This document shows, one piece after another, positions 20,967 to 30,519 of a stretch of DNA of 64,000 nucleotides. How positions within the stretch are numbered: the first letter of the stretch is position 1; every line of letters starts with the position of its first letter. This stretch comes from an uncultured Ignavibacteriaceae bacterium (GTDB lineage Bacteria > Bacteroidota > Ignavibacteria > UBA10030 > BY39): NCBI GenBank assembly GCA_964581995.1, contig CAZOQB010000008.1, positions 9,499-73,498 on the forward strand, given 5' to 3'. The notes beneath the pieces are model-generated. The model was not told the DNA's origin, did no database searches, and was given only the letters and a program-made list of their open reading frames with translations. Both the position numbers and the translations under genes were made by a program.

Positions 20967-21705
20967 ACCTATCCAATTTAAACTTCTCACCAAGATATAA
21001 TCTTTTTGCCTCTTCATCGTTAGCTAAAAACTCTGCGGTTCCAGATTTTAATATCTCTCCTTCGAAGAGTAAATACGACCTATCCGTAATTGAAAGTGTC
21101 TCATGAACGTTGTGGTCTGTTACTAAAACTCCAATATTCCAGTTCTTCAGGTTCTGAACTATTTTCATAATATCTTCAACCGCAATCGGGTCGATGCCGG
21201 CAAAAGGTTCATCGAGTAATATAAACTTCGGCTCGGTTGCGAGCGAGCGGGCAATCTCCACACGGCGCCTCTCTCCACCCGATAACATATACCCTTTACT
21301 CTTAGCAAGATGCGCCACACCAAAATCTTCCATCAACCGGTTACATTTTTCTTCACGCTCTTTTTGCGTACGCTTCATCATTTGCAATACTGCCATTATG
21401 TTGTCGCGCACTGAAAGTTTTCTAAAAACAGACGGTTCTTGCGATAAATATCCGATTCCTAAGCGCGACCGTTTGTACATAGCAGTTTTAGTAATTTCCT
21501 GGTCGTTTAAAAATACCTTCCCATCCGTTGGCTTAATCATACCGACCAACATGTAAAAAGTTGTTGTTTTTCCAGCGCCGTTTGGACCGAGAAGCCCAAC
21601 TACCTCACCCTGATGTACCTCAACACTTACGTCCTTAACTACATATCTTTTTTTGTAACGCTTAAAAAGGTTCTTTGAATAAAGAATTGTTTTTTGGTTT
21701 TCCAT
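20959..21705 (-). CDS. lptB: LPS export ABC transporter ATP-binding protein
   Basis: 248 aa. Walker A GPNGAGKTT, signature LSGGERRRVEIAR, Walker B ILLDEP. Follows lptC and lptA. Confidence 0.85.
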   Translation of the reverse strand: MENQKTILYSKNLFKRYKKRYVVKDVSVEVHQGEVVGLLGPNGAGKTTTFYMLVGMIKPTDGKVFLNDQEITKTAMYKRSRLGIGYLSQEPSVFRKLSVRDNIMAVLQMMKRTQKEREEKCNRLMEDFGVAHLAKSKGYMLSGGERRRVEIARSLATEPKFILLDEPFAGIDPIAVEDIMKIVQNLKNWNIGVLVTDHNVHETLSITDRSYLLFEGEILKSGTAEFLANDEEAKRLYLGEKFKLDRYE

Positions 21706-23025
21706 TTAATTCCTTGAACTGTCTTTGTTTAAGGGTTTAATATTCAGCGGCTTAATGACGGGTTTGTTTTCTCTCCAGTTGAAGCCCGCCAGATTGTAAT
21801 CGGTTTCTTTGTTTTTTATGATATTCTCGGGATAGTATTTTCCTTCAACTCCGCCGATTATTCTAATTGTCTCAACTTTTTTGTCTGCAAAATTAATTAT
21901 AACCTGATCGCCGGTGGTTACGTTTAAACCGTTTGGTTTTTGGATTGTCCTTGATGAATCGTTTTCAGATACGACCTCTTCGTACAAATAGTACACACTC
22001 GATGCAGTATTATTCACTGTAATTTGTTGAATTTTATTAGAGTCGAAATCCATTGTAATAGTTTCACCGCTCATTTGGTCGTAGCGGTTTTTGTATATAC
22101 TGTCGCTCCTCGAAATCGCGAAAGCATTTCCCGACACGAATATTCTTTCCAATTTTCTTTCCCGAAGTTTTATGAATATCGAGTCGCCGTTTACCTGAGT
22201 TTCTGCATACCAAACAAACGGAGTCTGCCTGAGGATAATACTATCCACGTCAGTGTAGTAGATGGCTCTACCGCATTCAGCGCTAACATCACCACGGCTA
22301 ATAATTACATTTCCAATAGAAGAAAAATATACTACTGAGTCCTGGCGCGAATACATACTGTCGCTGACGATTTGAAGAGTATCTATTTCGCCTTCAGAAG
22401 TCGTATCGATTTGAAGAACACGAGGTTGATTAGTTATGCGGCTTATATTGTTTTCGTTTTCAAAATAATTACCGAAAGTTTGGAAACTGCTTTTAAGGTC
22501 AACGATATGAACGTCGGATTCGGCGATTGTTTTTTTTGTGTCGCGGAAGTAAGTGAGAACATCGCAAGTTAATATCGCGTTAGTATCTTTAACTAAGACA
22601 TTTCCGCTGAAAAATATTTTTTTTTCATTAACAAAGTATTTTCCGTAATCCGCATCCAACTTCTTGGATCCTTCCTCGACATGAACCCCGTCGAACCCTT
22701 CTGCAATTTTTTCATTTGAATAGAAAAATCCGCGATTGCTTTTAATGGTTACCGTGTCGTCGCGAACGACAACGTTTCCGAGTAGGTGAATTTGTTCCGG
22801 TTTAAAATACTGAATTGCCCTATCGCAGTTCACTATAACATTCCCTTGAGAAAATTTCACATTCCCGATTAGTTCGCGTATATTTTGACCGTCTATCGTG
22901 TTACCGACTAAGCTGTCGGCATGATGAAGTATAATGACTTTATCATCTTGCTGCGCTCGGAGAGAGAAAATTAAAATGGCCGTTAGAAAAAAAATTACTG
23001 TGGATTTGATTTGCAGATTTTTCAT
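21706..23025 (-). CDS. lptA: OstA-like (LptA-family) periplasmic LPS-transport protein, extended form
   Basis: 439 aa. Signal peptide. Repeated OstA_N-like beta-jellyroll segments. Position between lptC and lptB. Confidence 0.6.
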   Translation of the reverse strand: MKNLQIKSTVIFFLTAILIFSLRAQQDDKVIILHHADSLVGNTIDGQNIRELIGNVKFSQGNVIVNCDRAIQYFKPEQIHLLGNVVVRDDTVTIKSNRGFFYSNEKIAEGFDGVHVEEGSKKLDADYGKYFVNEKKIFFSGNVLVKDTNAILTCDVLTYFRDTKKTIAESDVHIVDLKSSFQTFGNYFENENNISRITNQPRVLQIDTTSEGEIDTLQIVSDSMYSRQDSVVYFSSIGNVIISRGDVSAECGRAIYYTDVDSIILRQTPFVWYAETQVNGDSIFIKLRERKLERIFVSGNAFAISRSDSIYKNRYDQMSGETITMDFDSNKIQQITVNNTASSVYYLYEEVVSENDSSRTIQKPNGLNVTTGDQVIINFADKKVETIRIIGGVEGKYYPENIIKNKETDYNLAGFNWRENKPVIKPLNIKPLNKDSSRN

Positions 23026-23618
23026 TATCTAATGTTTTCTACACGTCCGGTAACCTTGAATATCTTGTAGCGACCCAAACCTTTGTCTGACTCAAAACCC
23101 ATACCTTGAATTTTTTCGTGCGGCGCATCAATCTCGACATATTCTGTTGTGTGAATTAATTGTTTAGAGTGCAGCCAAAACAATTTTTCAGATTTTAAAG
23201 TTGTTTTATCGCTATCGGAAACTACCACTACATTCTCATATGCTTCCATGTCGCGAGTTAAGTCATTGATTTTGGCTTTATTACAAGTCAGCACAGATGT
23301 TCGTATCGACTGCTCGTTATAAAATTCTACCCTGACTCCGGTATCAAGATATGTTTCTTTCTTTTCATCAAACACTGTAATATGGCCCCCAGTTATTATC
23401 GCCGCTAATTTGCCATCCTGCGAAAACGTTATGCGTGAGTTCCAACTTTCCTGTGTAGGATAACTTTGGGAAAACTTCTTATTGGAAACAGACGGTTTAA
23501 TTTTTTCTTCACAGCCAAAAAAGGTAAGAGCTATGAGAACACAGCTAAGACCTACGAGCTTAGGGCATAGTGCAGAGAACGGGGAAAGGAAAGTTGTAGG
23601 TCTAAACAGAATTCTCAT
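23025..23618 (-). CDS. lptC: LptC-like LPS export protein
   Basis: 197 aa. N-terminal anchor, LptC-like fold. Position kdsD-kdsC-lptC-lptA-lptB mirrors the E. coli yrbG-lptB locus. Confidence 0.55.
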   Translation of the reverse strand: MRILFRPTTFLSPFSALCPKLVGLSCVLIALTFFGCEEKIKPSVSNKKFSQSYPTQESWNSRITFSQDGKLAAIITGGHITVFDEKKETYLDTGVRVEFYNEQSIRTSVLTCNKAKINDLTRDMEAYENVVVVSDSDKTTLKSEKLFWLHSKQLIHTTEYVEIDAPHEKIQGMGFESDKGLGRYKIFKVTGRVENIR

Positions 23619-24601
23619 TCTTCAACCTCACTCCCTAAACCAGCTTTAACAAGGTCGTGAAGATGGACCATACCGATAGGTTTGCTTTGCTCATCCACGA
23701 CTATTAATTGTGTAATGTTATACTCTTCCATCTCTTGAATTGCCACTGCGGCAAGTAAATCTTTTTTAATTACTTTAGGATTTTGGGTCATCACATTTTC
23801 CGCAGTCAGGTTAGCAACATCGGTAGTTGTTTGAAGCATACGCCTCAGGTCACCGTCAGTAATCATACCGTTCAGAACACCGTCATCGCCGACAACACAA
23901 GTCGCACCCAGCCGTTTAGAAGTAATTTCAAGTATTACATCTTTGAGCGCCGTAGTCATTTTTACTTTTGGAACACGTTCGCCGCTAATCATTATTTCTC
24001 CCACTTTCAGGATAAGTCGCTTACCAAGATTTCCACCCGGATGGTACATCGCAAACTCTTCTATACTAAAGCCGCGCCTCTCAAGTAACACAACTGCAAG
24101 CGCATCGCCAAGAGCAAGAGATGCAGTCGTGGATGCTGTCGGCGCCAAATCAAACGAACAAGCTTCTTCTTTGACGCTTGCATCTAATACAATATCGGAT
24201 GATTGTGCTAATTTTGAATTCAAATTTCCGACCATTGAAATGATCTTTACACCAATTCTCTTAAACATCGGAATAAGCTGCTGTACTTCTGTTGTATCGC
24301 CGCTTTTTGAGATACAGATTACCACATCCTCTTTTCGGACGATTCCTAAATCGCCATGCACCGCATCGGATGGATGCAGGAAAATAGCCGGCGTTCCGGT
24401 TGAGTTCATCGTGGCAACAATCTTTCGGGCAATGATTCCAGACTTTCCCATACCGGTAACAATCGTACGCCCTTCTGATTTATATATCGTTTCAACAGCC
24501 TCAACGAAACTGCTGTTGATTCTCGATTCCAATTTTGCTACAGCTTCAGCTTCGATTCTGATAACTTCCTTCGCCTTATCAATAATTTTTTTCTGTTCCA
24601 A
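23615..24601 (-). CDS. kdsD: Arabinose-5-phosphate isomerase (KpsF/GutQ family; SIS plus tandem CBS)
   Basis: 328 aa. SIS domain GMGKSGI..., two CBS domains at the C-terminus. Confidence 0.85.
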   Translation of the reverse strand: MEQKKIIDKAKEVIRIEAEAVAKLESRINSSFVEAVETIYKSEGRTIVTGMGKSGIIARKIVATMNSTGTPAIFLHPSDAVHGDLGIVRKEDVVICISKSGDTTEVQQLIPMFKRIGVKIISMVGNLNSKLAQSSDIVLDASVKEEACSFDLAPTASTTASLALGDALAVVLLERRGFSIEEFAMYHPGGNLGKRLILKVGEIMISGERVPKVKMTTALKDVILEITSKRLGATCVVGDDGVLNGMITDGDLRRMLQTTTDVANLTAENVMTQNPKVIKKDLLAAVAIQEMEEYNITQLIVVDEQSKPIGMVHLHDLVKAGLGSEVEE

Positions 24602-24615
24602 TTCTAACCCTCTAT

Positions 24616-25119
24616 TTATATTTTCTTTTGTGCTTTAAGAATCATGTCGATTATTTCACGAACGGCACCGTTACCGCCCTCTGCTTTGGAAATATAATCT
24701 ACGACAGACCTTACATTTTTCACTGCATTTTTAGGAGACGCACTAAAACCTACGGTTTTTAAAAGCTCGATGTCGAATTCATCATCCCCGATGAAAGCTG
24801 TTTCTTCATCTGAATATTTGTATTTCTTTTGAAATTCCCTGAAAGCAATAAGTTTATCCTCCCTGTCTTGAATGACATACTCTATTCCAAGTTTTGCCGC
24901 ACGTTTATTTACTATCGGAGATGACCTGCCGCTGATTATTCCAAAAACCATACCCATACGTTTACCGCGAACTATTCCAAAACCGTCGTGCGCGTGGAAG
25001 TTTTTGTACTCTGTTCCCTCGGAATCATAAATTATTTTTCCATCAGTTAGAACACCGTCAACATCGAGAAGGACGAGTTTAATTTTTTTTAATTTTTTGC
25101 TTAATAAATTTTTGTTCAT
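24616..25119 (-). CDS. kdsC: 3-deoxy-D-manno-octulosonate 8-phosphate phosphatase (HAD)
   Basis: 167 aa. HAD motif I LLDVDGVLTDG, KdsC size. Confidence 0.8.
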   Translation of the reverse strand: MNKNLLSKKLKKIKLVLLDVDGVLTDGKIIYDSEGTEYKNFHAHDGFGIVRGKRMGMVFGIISGRSSPIVNKRAAKLGIEYVIQDREDKLIAFREFQKKYKYSDEETAFIGDDEFDIELLKTVGFSASPKNAVKNVRSVVDYISKAEGGNGAVREIIDMILKAQKKI

Positions 25120-25928
25120 TTTTTCACTAACCTATCTATTGCGATTACCTGCTTAATCAATTCTTCAAGCAACTCCAACTTAAGCTGACTTGCTGCATCG
25201 CTGAGCGCCCGTTTTGGGTCTGGATGAGTCTCGACGAAAAGTCCGTCTATCCCAACAGCTACGCCAGCACGCGCGATCGGAAAAATAAATTCCGGTCGGC
25301 CCGACGTTTCACCCTTGCCGGCGCCGGGAAGCTGAACCGAATGTGTTGCATCTAATATTACCGGATAACCGAGTTCTCGCATAATTTGAAGCGAGCGCAT
25401 ATCAACAACGAGGTTATGGTATCCGAAAGATGTTCCGCGCTCTGTCAGCATAATTTTTTTGTTTCCGACTCTCCTAACTTTTTCAGCCTGATGTTTCATA
25501 TCCTCGGGAGCTACGAACTGTCCCTTCTTGATATTGATGACCTTGCCGGTTCTTCCAGCAGCTTGAAGCAATTCCGTTTGGCGGCATAAGAACGCCGGTA
25601 TCTGTAATACATCGGCAACCTCTGCTGCGACTCCAGCTTCAGCTTCAGTATGAATATCGGTTAATATCGGCAAGTCGAATTCTCTTTTTACCTCATCCAA
25701 TATTTTCAGCGCCTCCATTATGCCGATTGAGGAAAAAGATGTTCCGCTTGTGCGGTTAGCTTTTTTGTAAGATGCCTTAAAGATAAAAGGCATCTTGTGC
25801 TTTTTCGTGATTGCTTGAATTTTCTGTGCAATCCGTAAAGTCATCTCACGGTTTTCAACAACGCAAGGACCGGCAATTAGGACGAGTGGGTTCGGGCTGC
25901 CAATTTTTATTTCTTTTAATTTTATCAT
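25116..25928 (-). CDS. kdsA: 3-deoxy-8-phosphooctulonate synthase
   Basis: 270 aa. DAHP/KDO8P synthase TIM-barrel motifs (LIAGPCVVEN, KASYKKANRTS). Confidence 0.9.
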   Translation of the reverse strand: MIKLKEIKIGSPNPLVLIAGPCVVENREMTLRIAQKIQAITKKHKMPFIFKASYKKANRTSGTSFSSIGIMEALKILDEVKREFDLPILTDIHTEAEAGVAAEVADVLQIPAFLCRQTELLQAAGRTGKVINIKKGQFVAPEDMKHQAEKVRRVGNKKIMLTERGTSFGYHNLVVDMRSLQIMRELGYPVILDATHSVQLPGAGKGETSGRPEFIFPIARAGVAVGIDGLFVETHPDPKRALSDAASQLKLELLEELIKQVIAIDRLVKK

Positions 25929-26010
25929 AAATATTCAAAATGTTTAACTACTCAGCAGGTAAAAATATTACCCCGTATGTTAGATATTTCAGTCGATGAA
26001 CCGTGTAACT

Positions 26011-26030
26011 TGCCACAGATTCACAGATTA
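26011..26030. repeat. Left arm of 19/20-bp inverted repeat flanking the GxxExxY gene (tgccacagattcacagatta)
   Basis: Reverse complement of 26420-26439. Overlaps the stop codon of the 26028-26414 ORF. Confidence 0.8.
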
Positions 26031-26414
26031 TAGAATTACTCTTTTTATAATTAATGAATTTTCACCAAAGTTTACTATTAGCCCTAACGGACATTTAGAT
26101 ATTGCTAAATAATTTATTACCCAACTATAATGTTCATCAACTATTCCTTTCTGGGCTTTTACTTCCGATATTATTTTATCAAACACCACAAAATCAGCAA
26201 AAAAATAATGAGGAAGAATTAGTCCTTTATATTCCACTTCATATTTTTTCTCACGTTCATATGGAATTTCTTTCTTATTAAATTCATATTCAATAGCGTC
26301 TTTATAAACTATTTCCAATAAACCCTTTCCCAAAATACGGTGAACTTCCATACATATCCCAATAATTTGATAACTTTCTTTTTGTAACGGGTATTCCTTT
26401 TCTGAATATTTCAT
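26028..26414 (-). CDS. GxxExxY protein (PD-(D/E)XK nuclease-fold family)
   Basis: 128 aa. Family-typical motifs incl. GKGLLEIVYKDA, LPHYFFADFVV and a conserved C-terminal region. Confidence 0.8.
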   Translation of the reverse strand: MKYSEKEYPLQKESYQIIGICMEVHRILGKGLLEIVYKDAIEYEFNKKEIPYEREKKYEVEYKGLILPHYFFADFVVFDKIISEVKAQKGIVDEHYSWVINYLAISKCPLGLIVNFGENSLIIKRVIL

Positions 26415-26419
26415 AAATT

Positions 26420-26439
26420 TAATCTGTGAATCTGTGGCG
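26420..26439. repeat. Right arm of inverted repeat (taatctgtgaatctgtggcg)
   Basis: Begins 6 nt upstream of the GxxExxY start codon. 19/20 match to rc of 26011-26030. Confidence 0.8.
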
Positions 26440-26462
26440 TTTGATTTTTGCTGTTTATATAG

Positions 26463-27995
26463 TTACCAAAATGTTTTTGTAGCCTGCACTGAATTATTTT
26501 GGAGCACACCTTCAGATTTTGCAATTATCGTGGCTACTGCAGCATCGCCCGAAACATTTACAACAGTGCGGCACATATCTAAAAATCTATCTACACCTAA
26601 TATCAAAGCAATTCCTTCTTCCGGTATGTTTACAGACCTCAGAACAATAATTAACATCACAATACCGACGCCGGGAACGGGTGCAGTTCCGATCGATGCC
26701 AAGAGCGCCGTTAGTAAAATAATTAATTGCTGTGAGATGTGCAATTCGACGCCGTAAACCTGAGCGATGAACACCGCCGCAACCGCCTGATACATGGCAG
26801 TGCCATCCATATTCACTGTTGCGCCTAATGGTAAAACGAAACTAGTAATTTTTTTCGGCACACCTAAATTTTGTTCACAGCATTCCATATTTACCGGAAG
26901 TGTTGCAGCACTGGAACTGGATGTAAATGCTATCAACATTACTTCCCTAATTCCTTTGAAAAATTTTACTGGGTTCATGCCTGCAAAAACCCTTACGAAT
27001 GAACCCAAGACGATAAACTGATGAATCAGCAGTCCGATGATGAGTGTTGCCGCATACCAGAAAAGTGTTTGCAAAATATCGAAACCGAATTCGCTGACCG
27101 TCGCAGCGATGAGTGCAAAAACTCCGAGCGGTGCAATTTTCATTATGTAATCAACCATCTTGATCATCATATCGCTGAAACCGTCGAAAAATTTTATAAC
27201 AGGTTCCGATTTTTCTTTACGGATTGCCGTGAGTGTAATTCCAACAATCAAAGCAAAGAAAACAATTTGCAGCATCTCGGCATTCGCTAAAGCCGAGATT
27301 GGGTTTGTCGGAACAATGTTGATAATTGTGTCAATAATATTAAGATCAACTGTCTCTTGAATCTTCGATTGAATGTTGGGCGCAAACTCGACTAACAGTT
27401 TTTCGCGTGCTTCTTCCGAGAGTCTTTCGCCGGGTCTGATAACATTCGATAGTGTCAAACCAATTGTGATTGCAATTGAAATCAGAACAATGTACATCGT
27501 GAGCATCTTTGCGCCGATTTTCCCAACTGTCTTGATGTTCCCCAAACTCGACGCGCCCACAATTAACGAAGCCAGTACGAGCGGAATTGCGATGAACATT
27601 AATAACCGGATAAAGATGGTACCGACCGGCTTTATATATAGAGGGAGCGTTTTTACCTTCTCAACCTTTTTAATATTCTCGAAGTAGTGAGGAGGCGTAA
27701 CGAGAACAATCGACTTTGCTTTGTCGGCGATACTTAACGCTTGAAAATAATTAAGAAACTTAATCTGGTCATTGGGACCGAATGTTGCTTTAACTATTCG
27801 GCTTTCAACATCAGAAATTTCAATCTTCTCCCAGTTCTTGATTGTTGTGGATTTTTCTATCCCGGCATCTTTATGCGTGATAATCAGTTCATATTTGCTG
27901 ACGTTTAGGACTGCGCCGAAGATTGCACCAAATAATAAACCCAATAATATTTTGTGGTGAAGTTTAAGCTTCTTCAAACCCGAAAAGATTGACAT
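26463..27995 (-). CDS. Dicarboxylate/amino acid:cation symporter (DAACS/GltP family) with an unusual ~90-aa insertion after TM1
   Basis: 510 aa. Conserved transport-domain motifs SSSAATLP and GDAAVA (family-typical). Hydrophilic insert KDAGIEKSTTIKNWEKIEISD...KTLPLYIKP between the first two TMs. Confidence 0.8.
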   Translation of the reverse strand: MSIFSGLKKLKLHHKILLGLLFGAIFGAVLNVSKYELIITHKDAGIEKSTTIKNWEKIEISDVESRIVKATFGPNDQIKFLNYFQALSIADKAKSIVLVTPPHYFENIKKVEKVKTLPLYIKPVGTIFIRLLMFIAIPLVLASLIVGASSLGNIKTVGKIGAKMLTMYIVLISIAITIGLTLSNVIRPGERLSEEAREKLLVEFAPNIQSKIQETVDLNIIDTIINIVPTNPISALANAEMLQIVFFALIVGITLTAIRKEKSEPVIKFFDGFSDMMIKMVDYIMKIAPLGVFALIAATVSEFGFDILQTLFWYAATLIIGLLIHQFIVLGSFVRVFAGMNPVKFFKGIREVMLIAFTSSSSAATLPVNMECCEQNLGVPKKITSFVLPLGATVNMDGTAMYQAVAAVFIAQVYGVELHISQQLIILLTALLASIGTAPVPGVGIVMLIIVLRSVNIPEEGIALILGVDRFLDMCRTVVNVSGDAAVATIIAKSEGVLQNNSVQATKTFW

Positions 27996-28202
27996 TATTC
28001 ACTCGCATTAATTAATTGAACTTGAGAAAAATAAGAAAAAAAGGGGTGAGATACAATGCGAGTAGTTGGGTAATTGTCTGATTCTACTTTTTTAAGAGAC
28101 TGATATTATGATTTGTAATCAGGCTGTCAATTTTTGCAACTCTCATCAAATTTTTGCATCTTTAAAACGTTTTAATCAACAACTATATCAAGGAATCATC
28201 AA

Positions 28203-30371
28203 ATGAAATCCAAATTAGCGCTTCTTCTAATTATTTTAATAGCCATTTTTGTTTTCCCCGCCTGGACGGTCCTGGACGAAGGAATGTGGATGATCGATAA
28301 AATTAACAAGCTTCCACTCGACCAAATGAAGAAACAGGGACTCGAGTTAACTCCCGAACAAATCTACAACCCCAACGGAACGAGTTTGAAGGATGCAATT
28401 ATTCTTTTAGGCGGCGGAACTGCTTCGTTTATCTCTCCAACCGGTTTGATTCTCACAAATCACCACGTTGCTTACGGAGCGATAGTCAATCTGAGTTCTA
28501 CAAATGAAGATTTGCTCAACAACGGCTTTTTAGCAAACAGCTATGAAGATGAGTTACGCGCCGAAGGAATGACCGCACAGGTTTTAGTTTCTATGAAGGA
28601 AATTACTTCTGAAGTGCTGGAAGGAATTAACGATGATATGTCCCCGCAAGACAGGCAAAACACAATCAACGCGAAACTGCGTGAAATCGAAAAACGGGAG
28701 AAGGGCGAAGCCGATGTAACATGCAGGGCAATTGATGTTTTTTACGGCGTTCAGTATTATCTCTTTATATTTGAGACTATTAAAGACGTACGACTGGTTT
28801 ACTGTCCGCCAAACTCAATAGGTAACTACGGTGGGGAAATTGATAACTGGACGTGGCCCCGCCAGACTGGCGATTTTTCAATCATGCGCGCTTACGTTTC
28901 CCCCGAAGGCAAATTTGAAAAATACTCAAAAGAAAATGTCCCTTACAAACCAAAACATTTTCTCCCAATTTCCTCAAAGGGATTTGACGAGGGTTCATTC
29001 ATGATGATTATAGGATATCCGGGAAGGACTTTCCGCTACAGAACTTCTTACGATATCGAACTTGCAAAAAATGAGACGTTGCCGTTTACTGTAGAGTTAT
29101 TTAAAACCAGAATCGACATTACAAACAACCTTACAAAGAACGACAGAGCAAAAGAATTGAAGTATGCAAATAAGATAAGGGGAATCGAGAACAGCTATAA
29201 AAATTATTTAGGTGTTTTAGAGGGTATGAGAAAAACAAACCTCCTTTTAGTAAAGAGAAATGAGGAAGAGGAATTCCTCAGGTTCACAATGACGAACCCT
29301 GAACTGAATATGAAGTACGGAACCATACTGGTTGAAATGAAACGGCTGATCGACGAGTTAAGCCAGTATAATAAAAAACGAATTCTAATGACAAACCTGC
29401 AAATGGGCAGTGAGCTGCTACGAGTTGCACAAAGATTTATGAGCTTCGCAAGTAACCCGACTAAAGACTCCACCGGAAAACTAATTCCTCGTACCGAAAC
29501 CGACCTCGCACCGATAAAAACACTTTTAGCAAACACTTATAAAAAATTGGAGATCGAAATAGATAAAGAAGTGATGACACAGTTGTTGATAAAAGCGGCT
29601 GACCTGCCGGCAAATCAACGCATCGGTGTAGTCGATAAGATTGTCGGCAGCAAGACTGGCGAAAAACGGAATAAAGCAATTATGGAATTCGTGGATGATT
29701 TATTTTCCGAAAGTGATTTGATTTCACAAACGAAAGCTGAGAAACTTCTCAAAGAAGATGACGACGATATCTTAAATGATGAGTTCGTTGAGTTTGCTCA
29801 AGCGCTCGATAAAGATGACGCAGTAATTAAAAGTAAGTATGCAGCCTATGAAACTGAGATTAGCGCTATGCGCACAAAGTTGATGGAGGCTTGGATTGAG
29901 TGGAAAGGCGATGCACTCTATCCCGATGCAAACCGCACAATACGATTTACATACGGAACTGTGAAACCGTTCAAACCACGCGATGCGGTTAATTATGATT
30001 ACGTTACATCATTAGGCGGTGTTATCGAAAAAGAAACCGGTGAAGAACCGTTCGTTGTACCGGCAAAGCTAAAAGAGTCATGGGAAAAGAAAGATTTCGG
30101 TAATTACATTGACAAGCATCTTAACGATGTGCCTGTGGCATTTTTAGCAAATCTTGACATTACCGGCGGAAATTCCGGCAGCGCAATTATAAACGGCAAA
30201 GGCGAGCTTGCCGGCTGCGCATTCGACGGTAACTGGGAAGCAGTCGTGGGCGATTATTACTTCCAAGAACCTTTAAACCGCACAATTAGCGTGGATGCTC
30301 GGTATATTCTATTTATATTGGATAAATTTTCAAATGCACAAAACCTTTTAAATGAAATGGTAATAAAATAA
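28203..30371 (+). CDS. S46 family dipeptidyl-peptidase (DPP7/DPP11-like), secreted
   Basis: 722 aa. Signal peptide. EGMWM N-terminal motif, catalytic His in TNHHV, Ser in GGNSGSA. Helical insertion domain. Confidence 0.85.
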   Translation: MKSKLALLLIILIAIFVFPAWTVLDEGMWMIDKINKLPLDQMKKQGLELTPEQIYNPNGTSLKDAIILLGGGTASFISPTGLILTNHHVAYGAIVNLSSTNEDLLNNGFLANSYEDELRAEGMTAQVLVSMKEITSEVLEGINDDMSPQDRQNTINAKLREIEKREKGEADVTCRAIDVFYGVQYYLFIFETIKDVRLVYCPPNSIGNYGGEIDNWTWPRQTGDFSIMRAYVSPEGKFEKYSKENVPYKPKHFLPISSKGFDEGSFMMIIGYPGRTFRYRTSYDIELAKNETLPFTVELFKTRIDITNNLTKNDRAKELKYANKIRGIENSYKNYLGVLEGMRKTNLLLVKRNEEEEFLRFTMTNPELNMKYGTILVEMKRLIDELSQYNKKRILMTNLQMGSELLRVAQRFMSFASNPTKDSTGKLIPRTETDLAPIKTLLANTYKKLEIEIDKEVMTQLLIKAADLPANQRIGVVDKIVGSKTGEKRNKAIMEFVDDLFSESDLISQTKAEKLLKEDDDDILNDEFVEFAQALDKDDAVIKSKYAAYETEISAMRTKLMEAWIEWKGDALYPDANRTIRFTYGTVKPFKPRDAVNYDYVTSLGGVIEKETGEEPFVVPAKLKESWEKKDFGNYIDKHLNDVPVAFLANLDITGGNSGSAIINGKGELAGCAFDGNWEAVVGDYYFQEPLNRTISVDARYILFILDKFSNAQNLLNEMVIK

Positions 30372-30519
30372 TTTGCTATTTAGAAACCTTTTTTCTATTT
30401 TTCATTAGAAAATTACAACTAAAAGGAACGTTGCTATCGGTTTTTGATAAGAATTAAGATTACGAAATTGACAAATTACTGGATTTATTTCATCTGTTTT
30501 CCTTAAATCGAGAAACGAC

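Noticed and set aside
28003-28061. 8-bp inverted repeat ctcgcatt...aatgcgag separated by 43 nt in the symporter/S46 divergent promoter region
   Set aside because: Short arms and a long spacer. Expected by chance in AT-rich intergenic DNA. No second occurrence seen.
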